Source of the DNA: Lytechinus pictus
Lineage: Eukaryota
Length of the DNA stretch: 64,000 nucleotides
Assembly (NCBI RefSeq): GCF_037042905.1
Contig: NC_087245.1
Location: 24,430,001 to 24,494,000 of the forward strand
Direction of reading: 5' to 3'
Shown here: in pieces, positions 53,401-64,000 of the stretch
Layout of the letters: each line of letters opens with the position of its first letter
Numbering within the stretch: position 1 is the first letter of the stretch
The notes under the pieces: generated by a model
Database searches by the model: none
What the model saw: only the letters and a program-made list of their open reading frames with translations
Told to the model about the DNA's origin: nothing
Program-made: the position numbers and the translations under genes

Positions 53401-53570
53401 ATGCGCGGACGGTGTTGGTCTGCATTATTCCATGTTTCATAATTTAAAGGGGTATCAGGTGCAGAGTCTAGTGTTCATTTTGCAATTTAGAACTGAAGTT
53501 ATAGGCCTCCAATATAAATCTACAATGAAGTTGCGTTTGTTATCGTGAAAATACCAGTCTGCGTTCATGA

Positions 53571-54178
53571 TTAAAGTCCACCCAAGAAAAATGCTGATTT
53601 TAATTAATAGAGAAAAACAAACTAGCACAACACTGAAAATTTCATCAAAATCGGATGTAAAATAAGAAAGTTATGACATTTTAAAGTTTCGATTATTTTT
53701 CACAAAACAGTGATATGCACAACTGACTGACATGCAAATGAGGCAAATGAGATAGTCGATGATGTCCCTCACTCACTATTTCTTTTTTTTTATTGTTTGA
53801 ATTATACAATATTTCATTTTTTACAGATTTGACAATAAGGACCAACTTGACTGAACCATATGGTATTAAACACTGTTAATTCCACGTGTTCAGGGAGGAA
53901 TTAATCGTTGTTTCACTTGGCAATGCGGAGAAAAATTATAATATTTCATATTTCATACAATAAAATACTAAAGAAATAGTGAGTGGACGACGTCATCGGT
54001 CTCCTCATTTGCATACCAGCCAGGATGTGCATATAACTGTTTTGTGAAATTAAGCGAAACTTTGAAATGTCATAACTTTCTTATTTTACATCCGATTTTG
54101 ATGTAATTTTCAGTGTTATGCTTGTTGGATTTTTCTCCTTTTATTAAAATCAACTTTTTGTTGGAGTGGACTGGTCTT
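53571..54178. mobile_element. Kolobok-like MITE family AGGTCAAGTCCACC copy
   Basis: high colinear similarity to 9327-9916. Confidence 0.85.
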
Positions 54179-54647
54179 TTAAGTATTAGGGTGTAGGGAC
54201 GATTTTAAAGAGGAAGTGCTGGTTTGGAAAAAACGACAAGTAAAATAAATAAATACAATAAAATAAATGTGATTTTGGTCTCATTTCTATTTCAAGCCTA
54301 CTAACCTGATCCAGGAGAAGCTGCGTATGGAGTATAACACAGCACCCAATTCAATTGGGGGAGGGGGGGGGGGCTTCAGCACCCCCTGCAACTCCGCTTC
54401 CCAGGGCCATGTAATTAAGCTTCAACTTTCGGTCATAATCTTATCAAGTGTCTTGCTCCAAAGAAATCCTGGTCTATCTACTGTATCTGTATTTTTGGAC
54501 AATTAGTTACACTTTTCTATATGGAAACCGGGGCGGCTATATACAGGGTATTTTTATTTATTCGTCATCTAATATCTAACGTAGATCTTAAATCATTACT
54601 CTTATACTGTACCACACAAATCAGTATCAATGTCTTCAATTTTTTTC

Positions 54648-54769
54648 CTCTCCTCCTCCTCCTTCTTCTTCTTTTCTTCTTCTTCTTCTTCTTCTTCCTC
54701 TCCTTTTTTTCTTCTTCTTCTTCTTCTTCTTCCTCTTCCTCTTCTTTTTTTCTTCTTATTCTTCTTCTT
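54648..54769. repeat. (CTT/CCT)n microsatellite
   Basis: direct reading. Confidence 0.9.
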
Positions 54770-55281
54770 GGCCTAACAGTAACTCGGTTTCATTTTGATT
54801 TCAATGCGTAAGGGGCCAGATGGGGGTGTTTGAACCCGCGCTCATGCCCTTACACCATGGCAGTCGCTTTTATCCGTTACTAGACCAAGCCAACTCGCCC
54901 ATAACACTAAAATCAGTTGACACACCGCCACGACCCCTATGTCATTTACCACCTCGTTCAGCGGTCCACAGAGCTTGACACGTCGATGATTTCATATCAT
55001 CACCACCACGATCGTCGTCGTATACAGGACATGAATTTTTCAGTACGATTTCGGCATCGGAAAGAGCCCCCAGTGAGCTGTTGCATTTATTTTGCAGGAA
55101 TGGAGTGCGGATGGATATGACGCGAAGAGGTGGAGTGGAAGGGGTACATCATCCCAAATGAGGAGACGTTGATAGAGATAAAGAGGAATGATGGCAGGTA
55201 AATACCAAGGAAAGAGACAGGCCTCGCTCAGTAAAGAAGTAAAGGGAAGGTAAAGACCCACATAAATACAGAGGAAGAGAT

Positions 55282-55509
55282 CTGTGGTGTTAAAACTGAC
55301 ACCAGTTGATGTAAATAGAGGACCACACCCTGAGGTGTTAAAACTACACCCTAGAGATTGAACATAACACCAAAGAGTGTAAATATAACAACCAAAAGTG
55401 TTGTAATAACACCTATGGGTGTAAAACTAACACCACCAATTTAACACCGGTGTAAAACAACTGGTGTGGTCCTCTATGTACACCGGTTAACACCACAGTT
55501 TTTGCTGTG
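55282..55509. mobile_element. MITE remnant with AACACC/GGTGTT repeats
   Basis: inverted CTGTGGTGTTAA / TTAACACCACAG and AGAGGACCACACC / GGTGTGGTCCTCT; right end ...TTTTTGCTGTG. Confidence 0.6.
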
Positions 55510-55574
55510 TAAAGTGAGGGGAAGAGAGAGAGATCGAGATGGTTTATGTGTGTTAGATCAATTTGAGAGAAATG

Positions 55575-56267
55575 TACATGTATAGGCCTCCTATGTTTCA
55601 TTATTTCACATTTATTTTTATTCCACAAACTTAAAATGCTGGGCAACATACTGTCTACTCTGTTGGGTGATGTATGTTGGTAAAAACATGATTGGCAGTC
55701 ACAGACTGAATTGTACATGTTTACGCAATGTCAACATATAAAAATAATCAAAATTATTAAGATTAACAATAAATATACAAATTAGAATTACATATGTGCA
55801 GTTAAAAATGGAGTTAAAATGGATAGAAAATATGATAGATAAAACAATGTTGCATATTCATTTAATACACACAATGCAGACTTATTTACTTTAGTACTTA
55901 TTTAATAATCTTGTCAGACTTGGAAGAGCACGGTTCTGATATCTTTTTGTTTTACATGGAATTTCCTTATATCTATTTATATGTCGTTAATTGAAAGCGT
56001 TTGTTTCCAGTGGAGGTAACCAGTTTTTGTACAATTGATTAATTTCTCATTTTAAAGCGAAATCTGTGGTAAGTTTTACTCTTCGACTTTCAAGTGATGT
56101 CAAATTTAAGGTCATATGATACATACTTTGTTCCTAATATTATCTTGCATGCTCTTTTCTGGGCAGTTTCAATAACTTTTATATGTTTCAAAGTAAGAGA
56201 CGCAGCGAAAAGAGGTACACAATACTCTAGGGCTGGTCTGACATACCCAATATACATACTGGTCTTA
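55575..56267 (-). pseudogene. 3' fragment of a CR1/L2-group LINE ORF2
   Basis: minus strand reads MYIGYVRPALEYCVPLFAASLTLKHIKVIETAQKRACKIILGTKYVSY ... RALPSLTRLLNKY*, typical of the region after the RT domain. Confidence 0.8.
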
Positions 56268-56590
56268 CACTGTTAGAAAATCTCTACTTAAAAAAAAAAC
56301 AAAAATTCCTGCAGCAGAGTCTCGAGAACACCTGTAATCTTACTGCACTGTGTAATCTTACATGCAATTGTGAAAAATAACAGAAAATTGGTATTTGGTG
56401 TATGTAACTTTAAAAAATTATTGTAATAAGACTGTTTTCCCCCTTTTAAAAAACCGACCTGTTCTGTAAAATTGTAGAAAATTTGTAAAAAATCTTTCCT
56501 GTTATAACAATTTACAGAATGATTTGGTTATTTCTTTCTGTAAAATCTTTTTTTTTCTTCTGTAAAATCTTCTGTTTTTTTCTAACAGTG
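56268..56590. mobile_element. CACT...AGTG MITE (EnSpm/CACTA-like)
   Basis: TIR CACTGTTAGAAAA / TTTTCTAACAGTG, TA flanks, internal CTGTAAAA repeats. Confidence 0.8.
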
Positions 56591-56605
56591 TACATACCTT
56601 ATATA

Positions 56606-56753
56606 CACTGTTAACCAATCACATTCTGGTAGATTGTTATTTATTATTTTTATAACCCAATTTGGACAGATTTTAACCAATAGTTGCGTGAACAGTTTGT
56701 TGCCCAGCGATGGTTAAAAATTGGGCCCTTTTTGCCCAACCTTTTTAACAGTG
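56606..56753. mobile_element. Short CACTG...CAGTG MITE remnant
   Basis: CACTGTTAA / TTAACAGTG ends. Confidence 0.45.
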
Positions 56754-57704
56754 AATGTTTCCATCGTTGTTCCATCTCTATTCTCCTCTTGGTCCCTCCC
56801 CCCCCCTCCACCTTTCTTCTCCCCCTGGTCTGACGATTGATATCTCTCCTCATTTCTTCTTTCTCTTCCGCCTTCGAAAATCTCAACTTGTCTTCATCTC
56901 CTACAGGATATTTCATATTTCGTACAAACCATATCGTTATGTTTCGATTTTTTAAATTATTTTCTTTCTTATCTTAAATGTTAATTTCCTGAGCTCTCAC
57001 GTCATGTTGGTTCGCGGACAGCATTGGTGGGGTTGGTGACCTTCAAACCTATACCGATGCCTCTACGAAACCAAATACGTTGATCGTTCCACCTTACAAC
57101 AGTGCAACCAATCACCACACTCACATCCATGTCCTCATTCTCTTTATCATTTCAATGATACATTTCCCTTTGGAGGATACCATTTCCATTCTTGAGAATT
57201 TTCTCCGCCCTACGTCACGGTATAAATCCAATCTATCAATTTTCAAGATTTTCTTCGGTTATACACTCAAAGGAGTGGCGAGTCTAGCGAACCATCGTTT
57301 TCTTCATCCATCCCAATCATGACCAATTTCTGCTTTATAGAAACGTTTTATAGCGAGTATATCTCCACCCCTCCCCCATTTTGTTCATTATCGAATTGTT
57401 GTTCACTTGGAGTTTGCCATTTCAAAAAAATATGCATATCGTTTTATAAAATTGTTTTTTTGCTCCCGTGGTTATTTTCAAAGGGCGTAAACCTCCCATG
57501 AACAGTCAAGTCATGTTCTGGGGAGTGTTTCATGTAGCCTCTTATCAGTGTTTTTTCACTAACAATTTTACTCCCACCCACACTCTTAAAGATGTTGGGC
57601 AACATGATTGTCCACACAACAAATGGTTAAAACATTATCCAATGCTGGGTAGTTTTAAACCAATTATGTGTGCTTTGGGTGAAAGCTACCCAGAGTTGGA
57701 TCAA

Positions 57705-59064
57705 TTTTTATGCCCCCGCAGACGAAGTCCGGAGGGGGCATTAAGTGTTGCCCCTGTCCGTCCGTCCGCCCCCCACTTGGTTTCCGCGCAATAACTCGAA
57801 AAATATTGAATGGATTTTGAAAAGGTTTAGTGTGTCGGTAGATGACACCAAAATACAGGCCAAGTTCAAATTCCGAGTCCGGAGGTCAAAGATCAAAGGT
57901 CACAGCTCATTAAATATGCGAGTTGGTTTCCGCGCAATAACTCGAAAAATATTTAATGGATTTTAGAAATTGTTTGGTGTGTATATAGTACTAGGTAAAT
58001 GACACCAAAATACAGGCTAAGTTCGAATTTCGAGTCCGGAGGTCATAGGTCAAAGCTCATTAAATATGCAAGTTGGTTTCCGCGCAATAACTCGAAAAAT
58101 ATTTAATGGATTTTAAAGATTTGACGCCAAAATACAAGCTAAGTCCGAATTTGGAGTCCGCAGGTCAAATGTCACAGCTCATTAAATATGCGAGTTGGTT
58201 TCCGCGCAATAACTCGAAAAATATTTAATGGATTTTAAAAATTGTTTGGTGCGTAGGCCTATATAGTGCTAGGTAAATGACACCAAAATACAGGCTAAGT
58301 TCGAATTTCGAGTCCGGAGGTCATAGGTCAAAGCTCATTAAATATGCAAGTTGGTTTCCGCGCAATAACTCGAAAAATATTTAATGGATTTTAAAAATTG
58401 TTTGGTGCGTAGGCCTATATAGTGCTAGGTAAATGACACCAAAATACAGGCTAAGTTCGAATTTCGAGTCCGGAGGTCATAGGTCAAAGCTCATTAAATA
58501 TGCAAGTTGGTTTCCGCGCAATAACTCGAAAAATATTTAATGGATTTTAAAGATTTGACGCCAAAATACAAGCTAAGTTCGAATTTGGAGTCCGCAGGTC
58601 AAAGGTAACAGCTCATTAAATATGCGAGTTGGTTTCCGCGCAATAACTCGAAAAATATTTAATGGATTTTATTTTTTTATTTTTTTTGGTGTGTAGGTAG
58701 ATGACACCAAAATACAGGCTAATTTTAAATTCGGAGTCCGCAGGTCAAAGGTTACAGCTCATCAAATATGCAAGTTGGTTCCCGCGCAATAACTCAAAAG
58801 ATATTTAATGGATTTTAAAAAACTTTGGTGTGTAGGTAGATGATACCAAAATACAGGCTAAGTTCGAATTCGGAGTCCGCAGGTAAAAGGTCAAAGGTCA
58901 CTGCTTATTATATATGCGAGTTGGTTCAAAGGTCTAAATTTTTCATTATAGGTATGCATATTGGTTTCTGCTCGATATTAAGTTCAGTCATAGAAATATT
59001 GAATGAATTTCTGATCATGTTAAGCGGGGGCATCTGTGTCCTTTGGACACGTCAAATTTCTAGT
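57705..59064 (+). mobile_element. Non-autonomous Helentron/Helitron2 (DINE-1/HINE-like) with central tandem array
   Basis: 5' T-run + subTIR ATGCCCCCGC (57710-57719) with a nearby inverted copy, (GTCC)n, 3' subTIR GCGGGGGCAT (59024-59033), hairpin GTGTCC-TTT-GGACAC, CTAG|TTT end. Confidence 0.85.
57777..58926 (+). repeat. Tandem array, 8 units of 122-156 bp
   Basis: units start TTGGTTTCCGCGCAATAACTCGAAAA at 57777, 57923, 58073, 58195, 58351, 58507, 58629, 58775 (stub at 58921). Confidence 0.95.
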
Positions 59065-59544
59065 TTAACCAATTGTTGTGTGGTCAGTATGTTGCCCAAC
59101 ATTTTGAGAGTGCAATCAGATGCAAGTATTTCAGTAATATATAAATAATAATATTTGTCAGTGAAAATCACAAACTGATTGTTTCATGGAACCCCCCCCC
59201 CCCCCCCCGTTCTCCCACCGCTTTGTTATGAGTTGTTTCGTTTAGTTCATTATAATCTGTTGAGTTGACATTGCTGGGGGTTTCATGATTTATTATTTCA
59301 ATTTAGAAAAAAAAATCAATTTGTGTAGTAGAGGAGTCTGGATAATTATCAGTTGTTATAGAGTTGGCAGAAAAGTAGAACCATATGATATAATGCATGC
59401 AAACAAGTTGTACGCATTTGGCAACTCAATGGGATAATGATAAATATTATTTTATTTCTTAAAATTCATATTTATTATGTGTCTTTCGTGAAATGATTTT
59501 ACGGTTAATCACACGTAACGAATATGGACTTCAAAGAAACAAAT

Positions 59545-59850
59545 TAAGAAGAAGGGGAAAAAAGAAATAGAAGAAGAAGAGGAGGAAGAAGGAGAAAAAG
59601 AAGAGGAGAGAAGGAGTAGGAGGACGAAGAAGAAGAATGCGAAGAAGAAGAAGACGAAGAAGGAGAAAAAGAAGAATTAGAGGAGGAGGAGGAAGAAAAA
59701 GAGGTGGAAGAAGAAGATGAATGAGAAGAAGAAAAAAAGAAAGAGAAGAAGAAGAAGACGAAGGAGAATAAGAAAATGAAGAAGAAGAAAAACAAAAGAA
59801 AGAAAAAAAGTACATTGTAAGAAGAAGAAGAATATAATGAAGAATGATGA
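59545..59850. repeat. (GAA/GGA)n purine microsatellite
   Basis: direct reading. Confidence 0.9.
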
Positions 59851-60862
59851 TGGAGAGTAAATCGTCTTACATGGAATTTAATTCAATGTTTCATTTGCAT
59901 GATTTAATTGTGTACATGTATATGTATTTTTTCATACATGTAGATAAGTCAATGAGGCATGTTATTCGTGCTATTGGAAGAGATTTGCCAAAGACGTGTG
60001 GCAGGAAATTGCAAAGCTGATCTCCATCAGCATGGCGTAGAACGATAAAGTTGTAGAACAAAGAGAGTCTGTTGCTCTCTGGATCTGATATAATTAGGAA
60101 TAAGTTGATGGTAATGGTGATGACGGTGGATATGGAGGTGGTGGTGTTGGTGATTATGATGATGTGGTTCAAGAAGATGACGATGCTTGTAGTGGTGGTG
60201 ATTTTGTTGATGTTGCGCAGTGGTTACCCCCTTTGGATATTTTTCCTTCATTACAACATTCGAATTATTTTCCAGGCGCGCTCCACGCTTATCAGCATTC
60301 AGAGCTAGAGTCATTTTCTTTTTCTGTTTGTCAGAGTTAATACCCTAGACAATCATTTGCATGGCCGTCGTGGCAGAGTGGTGGGCGGGATCGTGACAAG
60401 CAAAAATAAATATTATTTTAAATGGCCCGCAAGAAAAGTAAATAAAACTTGGTGACTCTCATTGACGTTCATGGAATAAACCTCAACCCACACATACGTG
60501 CACACCCTCCCCCATCCGCACCCACAAACACACCAGCACATGCACCCATACACACTCTTACACACCCTTACATTATCCCATACCTTCCCCCTCGTTTCTC
60601 CTTCCCCCACATAGGCATACGCCGCAAAAATTGGCTTATTTTCGCAGGGAAACTTACAAATAATCGCGGTTATAATGATATGTAATGTTACTATTAGTCC
60701 AATTTTAGGAATAGAATACCTCCCTTAAAAAATGGGGGCTATAAAAAGCTTATGAATACAGCGCCCAGGAATTGAGAATACCATTATGGTTTCGACAATG
60801 GACATGTTCTCCTTGCTACCTGATACATTAACGTAATTGACACCATTCGCCAATATTATTAA

Positions 60863-61463
60863 AGGGATGGTCCAGGCTGGAGATATTTATATCTCAATAA
60901 ATAGAGTAAAATTCACAGTCAGAGAGTAAAATACTGAAAATTTGATCAAAATCGGATAACAAATAACGAAGTTTATATTGAATTTTAAAGATTTTCAATA
61001 TTCCGGTGAAACCATTCTAGTCATGTCTTCGTGAATATTCTTTCGTTGGGTTGATGATGTCATATTCCCACTTGTCCTTTTGTATTATGAAATTAGGTTT
61101 ATTCGAAATTGTTCTACCAAGATCTAAAACACTTGGATTGACAACTGATTAAATGCGTTAGTTATTTATTCCCGCAACTAAGTTTATCATAATGGAGACA
61201 CATCATTTAAACATGTATGGAAAATTGAAACAATTATGATTTCATGTAATAACATAAGAAAAAGGGAAGTGGAGATATGAGATCATCAGCCCACCTTATG
61301 AATATTCATAACGATATGAATTTAACTGTTTTCACAAAATATTGATAAACTTTAAAATTCAATTCGTTATTCTTTATCCGATTTCGATGAAATTTTCAGC
61401 ATTTGCTTTGTGAATTTTACTCTATTAATTTAGATATAAATATTTTCAGCCCGGACCATCCAT
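60863..61463. mobile_element. TTAA-flanked MITE (Kolobok-like)
   Basis: TTAA|AGGGATGGTCCAGGCTG ... CAGCCCGGACCATCCAT|TTAA, long inverted arms. Confidence 0.85.
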
Positions 61464-64000
61464 TTAAGGGGGAAGTATGGGGAGGGGTATGAAATATGTA
61501 ATGTTTTTGTTAAATCATCGTTGTTATTTTAAAGCGTGGTATTTCAACTATATTATTGTAATAATTCGTTCAATGTAATTCGCTAATTATGCTATTATGC
61601 TGAAAACGGTCTCTTGCCCTCATTTTCTTGTCAACAGGACTCCACCCCATAGTTCTGCTCATTAAACCACACACAGCCAACAAGGACACATCGTCAAAAT
61701 GACGTCACTGTATTTTCAGTTTCACTATAGTATTGTATCGACGCGACAATCGGATAGGCTATCATAATTCAGACTTTAATATATTATTTAAAAAGTTCAA
61801 GCGTGAAGGAAGCTATTAATAGATATCCATCTCTACTTTAAGCACGCCAGCATTCTCCCATTCTAATGATGAACCAATTTGTAAACTGTGATGACTTTTC
61901 CGTGGGAAACGTATTTTTTTTTAAGTAGTGGGTAGTATGTATCATTTGAATGTGGAGATGCTTTTGATAACACTTTTCCTCTCGCTTGTCTCCTACGAAG
62001 GCAAGATCAGCATGTTTAGTGTCAAATGTAAATGTAAAGCTTAAATCTCTTTTCAAATGTGAAATGTAAAATTGCTTTTGTTTCGTTTTTATCAAAATTA
62101 CATACGGTGGTGCTCAAAAGTTAGTGAACCTCATCAGAAAATGAACATATTTAAAATGTTCACGTTCTGTCATGTTTTAGCTATTTAATTGTTAAGTCAG
62201 GTGATAAAACATCACAAGCTTTGTTTCTCTGGGCTCGCCGAACATAGAAGTGTTGTTGTCTACATTCAACACTCGGTACGAAGGAGTGCATTTTGTGGTG
62301 GGGTTCACTAACTTTTAAGCACAATTGTAAATTAATCACACGATGAAGTTCACTTGTAAAATTCGAACACAAATGATAAAAAACACTGCAAAACATCGAT
62401 TAATAATATACAGTAATTTATTAATTGTTCCGAGCTCTTTTTATTTGTCTTTGCATTAAAAGGGATATTTTATTGTTGACCAAAATATCAAAGAAAATTC
62501 TCAATTGTCATCTTTTTTTTTTTACAGTAGGCACTCTTATATCATTATAACGTAACAGCCTCCATCTATTCAATTTGCTTCTATCACGCAAAAAAATGCT
62601 TTATTTGTTTTGATAATGAAATGAAAGTACTGACATATAATAACGTTCGGCGTATCGGCCTATCACAATGCTTATAAATGTTCACAGAGTATGAAAAATA
62701 AAACCATGTGTAACATTTGTCAATTTAATCGGTTAACTTAAGGATCTTTCTGTAAGTTGCATTATTTTATACTTCATGTTTGATATAACACTGCTATTGA
62801 TCAAACATCAATTTTATGTGAAAGGAAACAAGCAGCGTGGAGTTCTTCATAAAATTTGGTTTTGGTGTATTTATCTTTATATTATTGTCATTTTCAAACA
62901 TAGAGCATGAAATTAAAACCGGTGAGGATAACTTAAAATAGCAATATATTCTATCATCATAGCACATCTGTGTTTTAAATGGGACCATACCTCTAGCAAG
63001 TTTTATTAGATTTATATACCAAATTTGTCAGACTAATTACACTTTTTAAACTTCATGTTATATTCACAAATAGCAATCTTTCATATACAGCTTATTTGCA
63101 TTTGAATATATACATACCATCTAGTACTTATTCATTAATATAAACATTCGGGGTGCCTGCCTCTAGAATAATTATGTATTTGTGTGAATTCAATATGGTT
63201 GTCTAAAATGTCTATAAAAGTAACACGTTTATCCGAACGGAGCAAACATACCCTAATCTTTCATTAATCTATCCCAGGACGGTATATCTCTGATAAATAT
63301 CATTACAATCAGAGTAAGCCAACAGAGATGATGCAGCTTTTATTTAAAAAAAAACACCTAGATTACAAATATTCTACTTTCTAGTATTCAGTTATTTTGT
63401 TTCATTTCATACAATGAAGGAAAGGGACAAAAAAGTATCAAAACTGCAGCTAAATTGTACACTTAGACTCCTATCAAGTGAAACCGTTTAATATTCAAAA
63501 ATTCTTCTATGAAAACTAGAAAAGTATACTTCTACATTATTTTGAGAAATTCAAACATGCCTTTATATCGTGTTATGCTGGAATAATGTATTCAGTCGTA
63601 GGCGTTAGCTGCTCACTGTAAGTCATTAGTATGAACATCATCTCTTCCTTATATCCGGATGATTTTTCCACCGTGGATCATTAAATATAATGGATAATGG
63701 AATTGGGAGGGAAGAGGAATAATTTCGAAGCCAGTGATCTAATGAAATATGGCAGACGGATCGAACGAAAAGGTCAGGAATGTGTTTAGTCTTTGTTGTA
63801 AAAAGGTGTCGATGGTGTAGCGATCTGCAAGTAATAATGACAAGAAAAGAAAGAAAGAGAATGACGAAATACATCTGAAAAAATTAAAAGGAAAGAGAGG
63901 TAAAATTTACAGGCAAAAAGTAAAAAAAAATAGTAATCAAGTAAATAAATTTTCAAAAGACACATTTCTCGTCAGATTTCTTAGGCATGTTAGGAAATGA

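Larger units (their letters stand above)
57581..59112. mobile_element. CACT...AGTG MITE split by a Helentron-like insertion
   Basis: TIR CACTCT..ATGTTGGGCAACAT / ATGTTGCCCAACAT..AGAGTG, CA flanks. Confidence 0.75.

Noticed and set aside
55098..55170. Candidate exon after TTTTGCAG
   Set aside because: Frames close quickly, no homology recognised and no partner exons found
323..63874. The many other 60-140 aa ORFs in the track
   Set aside because: Composition typical of AT-rich non-coding DNA, repeats or antisense shadows of real exons

Overview
AT-rich animal genomic DNA; the repeat complement (tRNA-derived SINEs, TTAA-flanked MITEs, frequent TACATGTA) suggests a marine invertebrate, most likely a sea urchin (inference). 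The + strand carries the 3' part of an insulin receptor substrate (IRS)-like gene: about 8 phase-compatible exons from 3.1 to 35.2 kb, with RxRTxS sites, six YxxM, two YINV and the C-terminal YVDV/YSTI motifs. The PH/PTB exons must lie upstream of the window. One intron holds an apparently intact 6.33-kb DNA transposon (16944-23273; 29-bp perfect TIRs, GGG termini, TATT duplication, 861-aa DDD transposase, most like Sola2). The same intron holds a non-autonomous relative (12982-15691, ATAT duplication). The most striking signal is that both elements carry a 14-bp pseudo-palindrome (GTAAC-N4-RTTWC) spaced at about 190/380 bp, mirror-oriented in the coding element, whose transposase ends in a Tudor-like barrel. 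The rest is MITEs, SINEs, a LINE fragment, a Helentron/DINE-like element with a tandem array, and microsatellites. No rRNA, true tRNA or CRISPR was seen.
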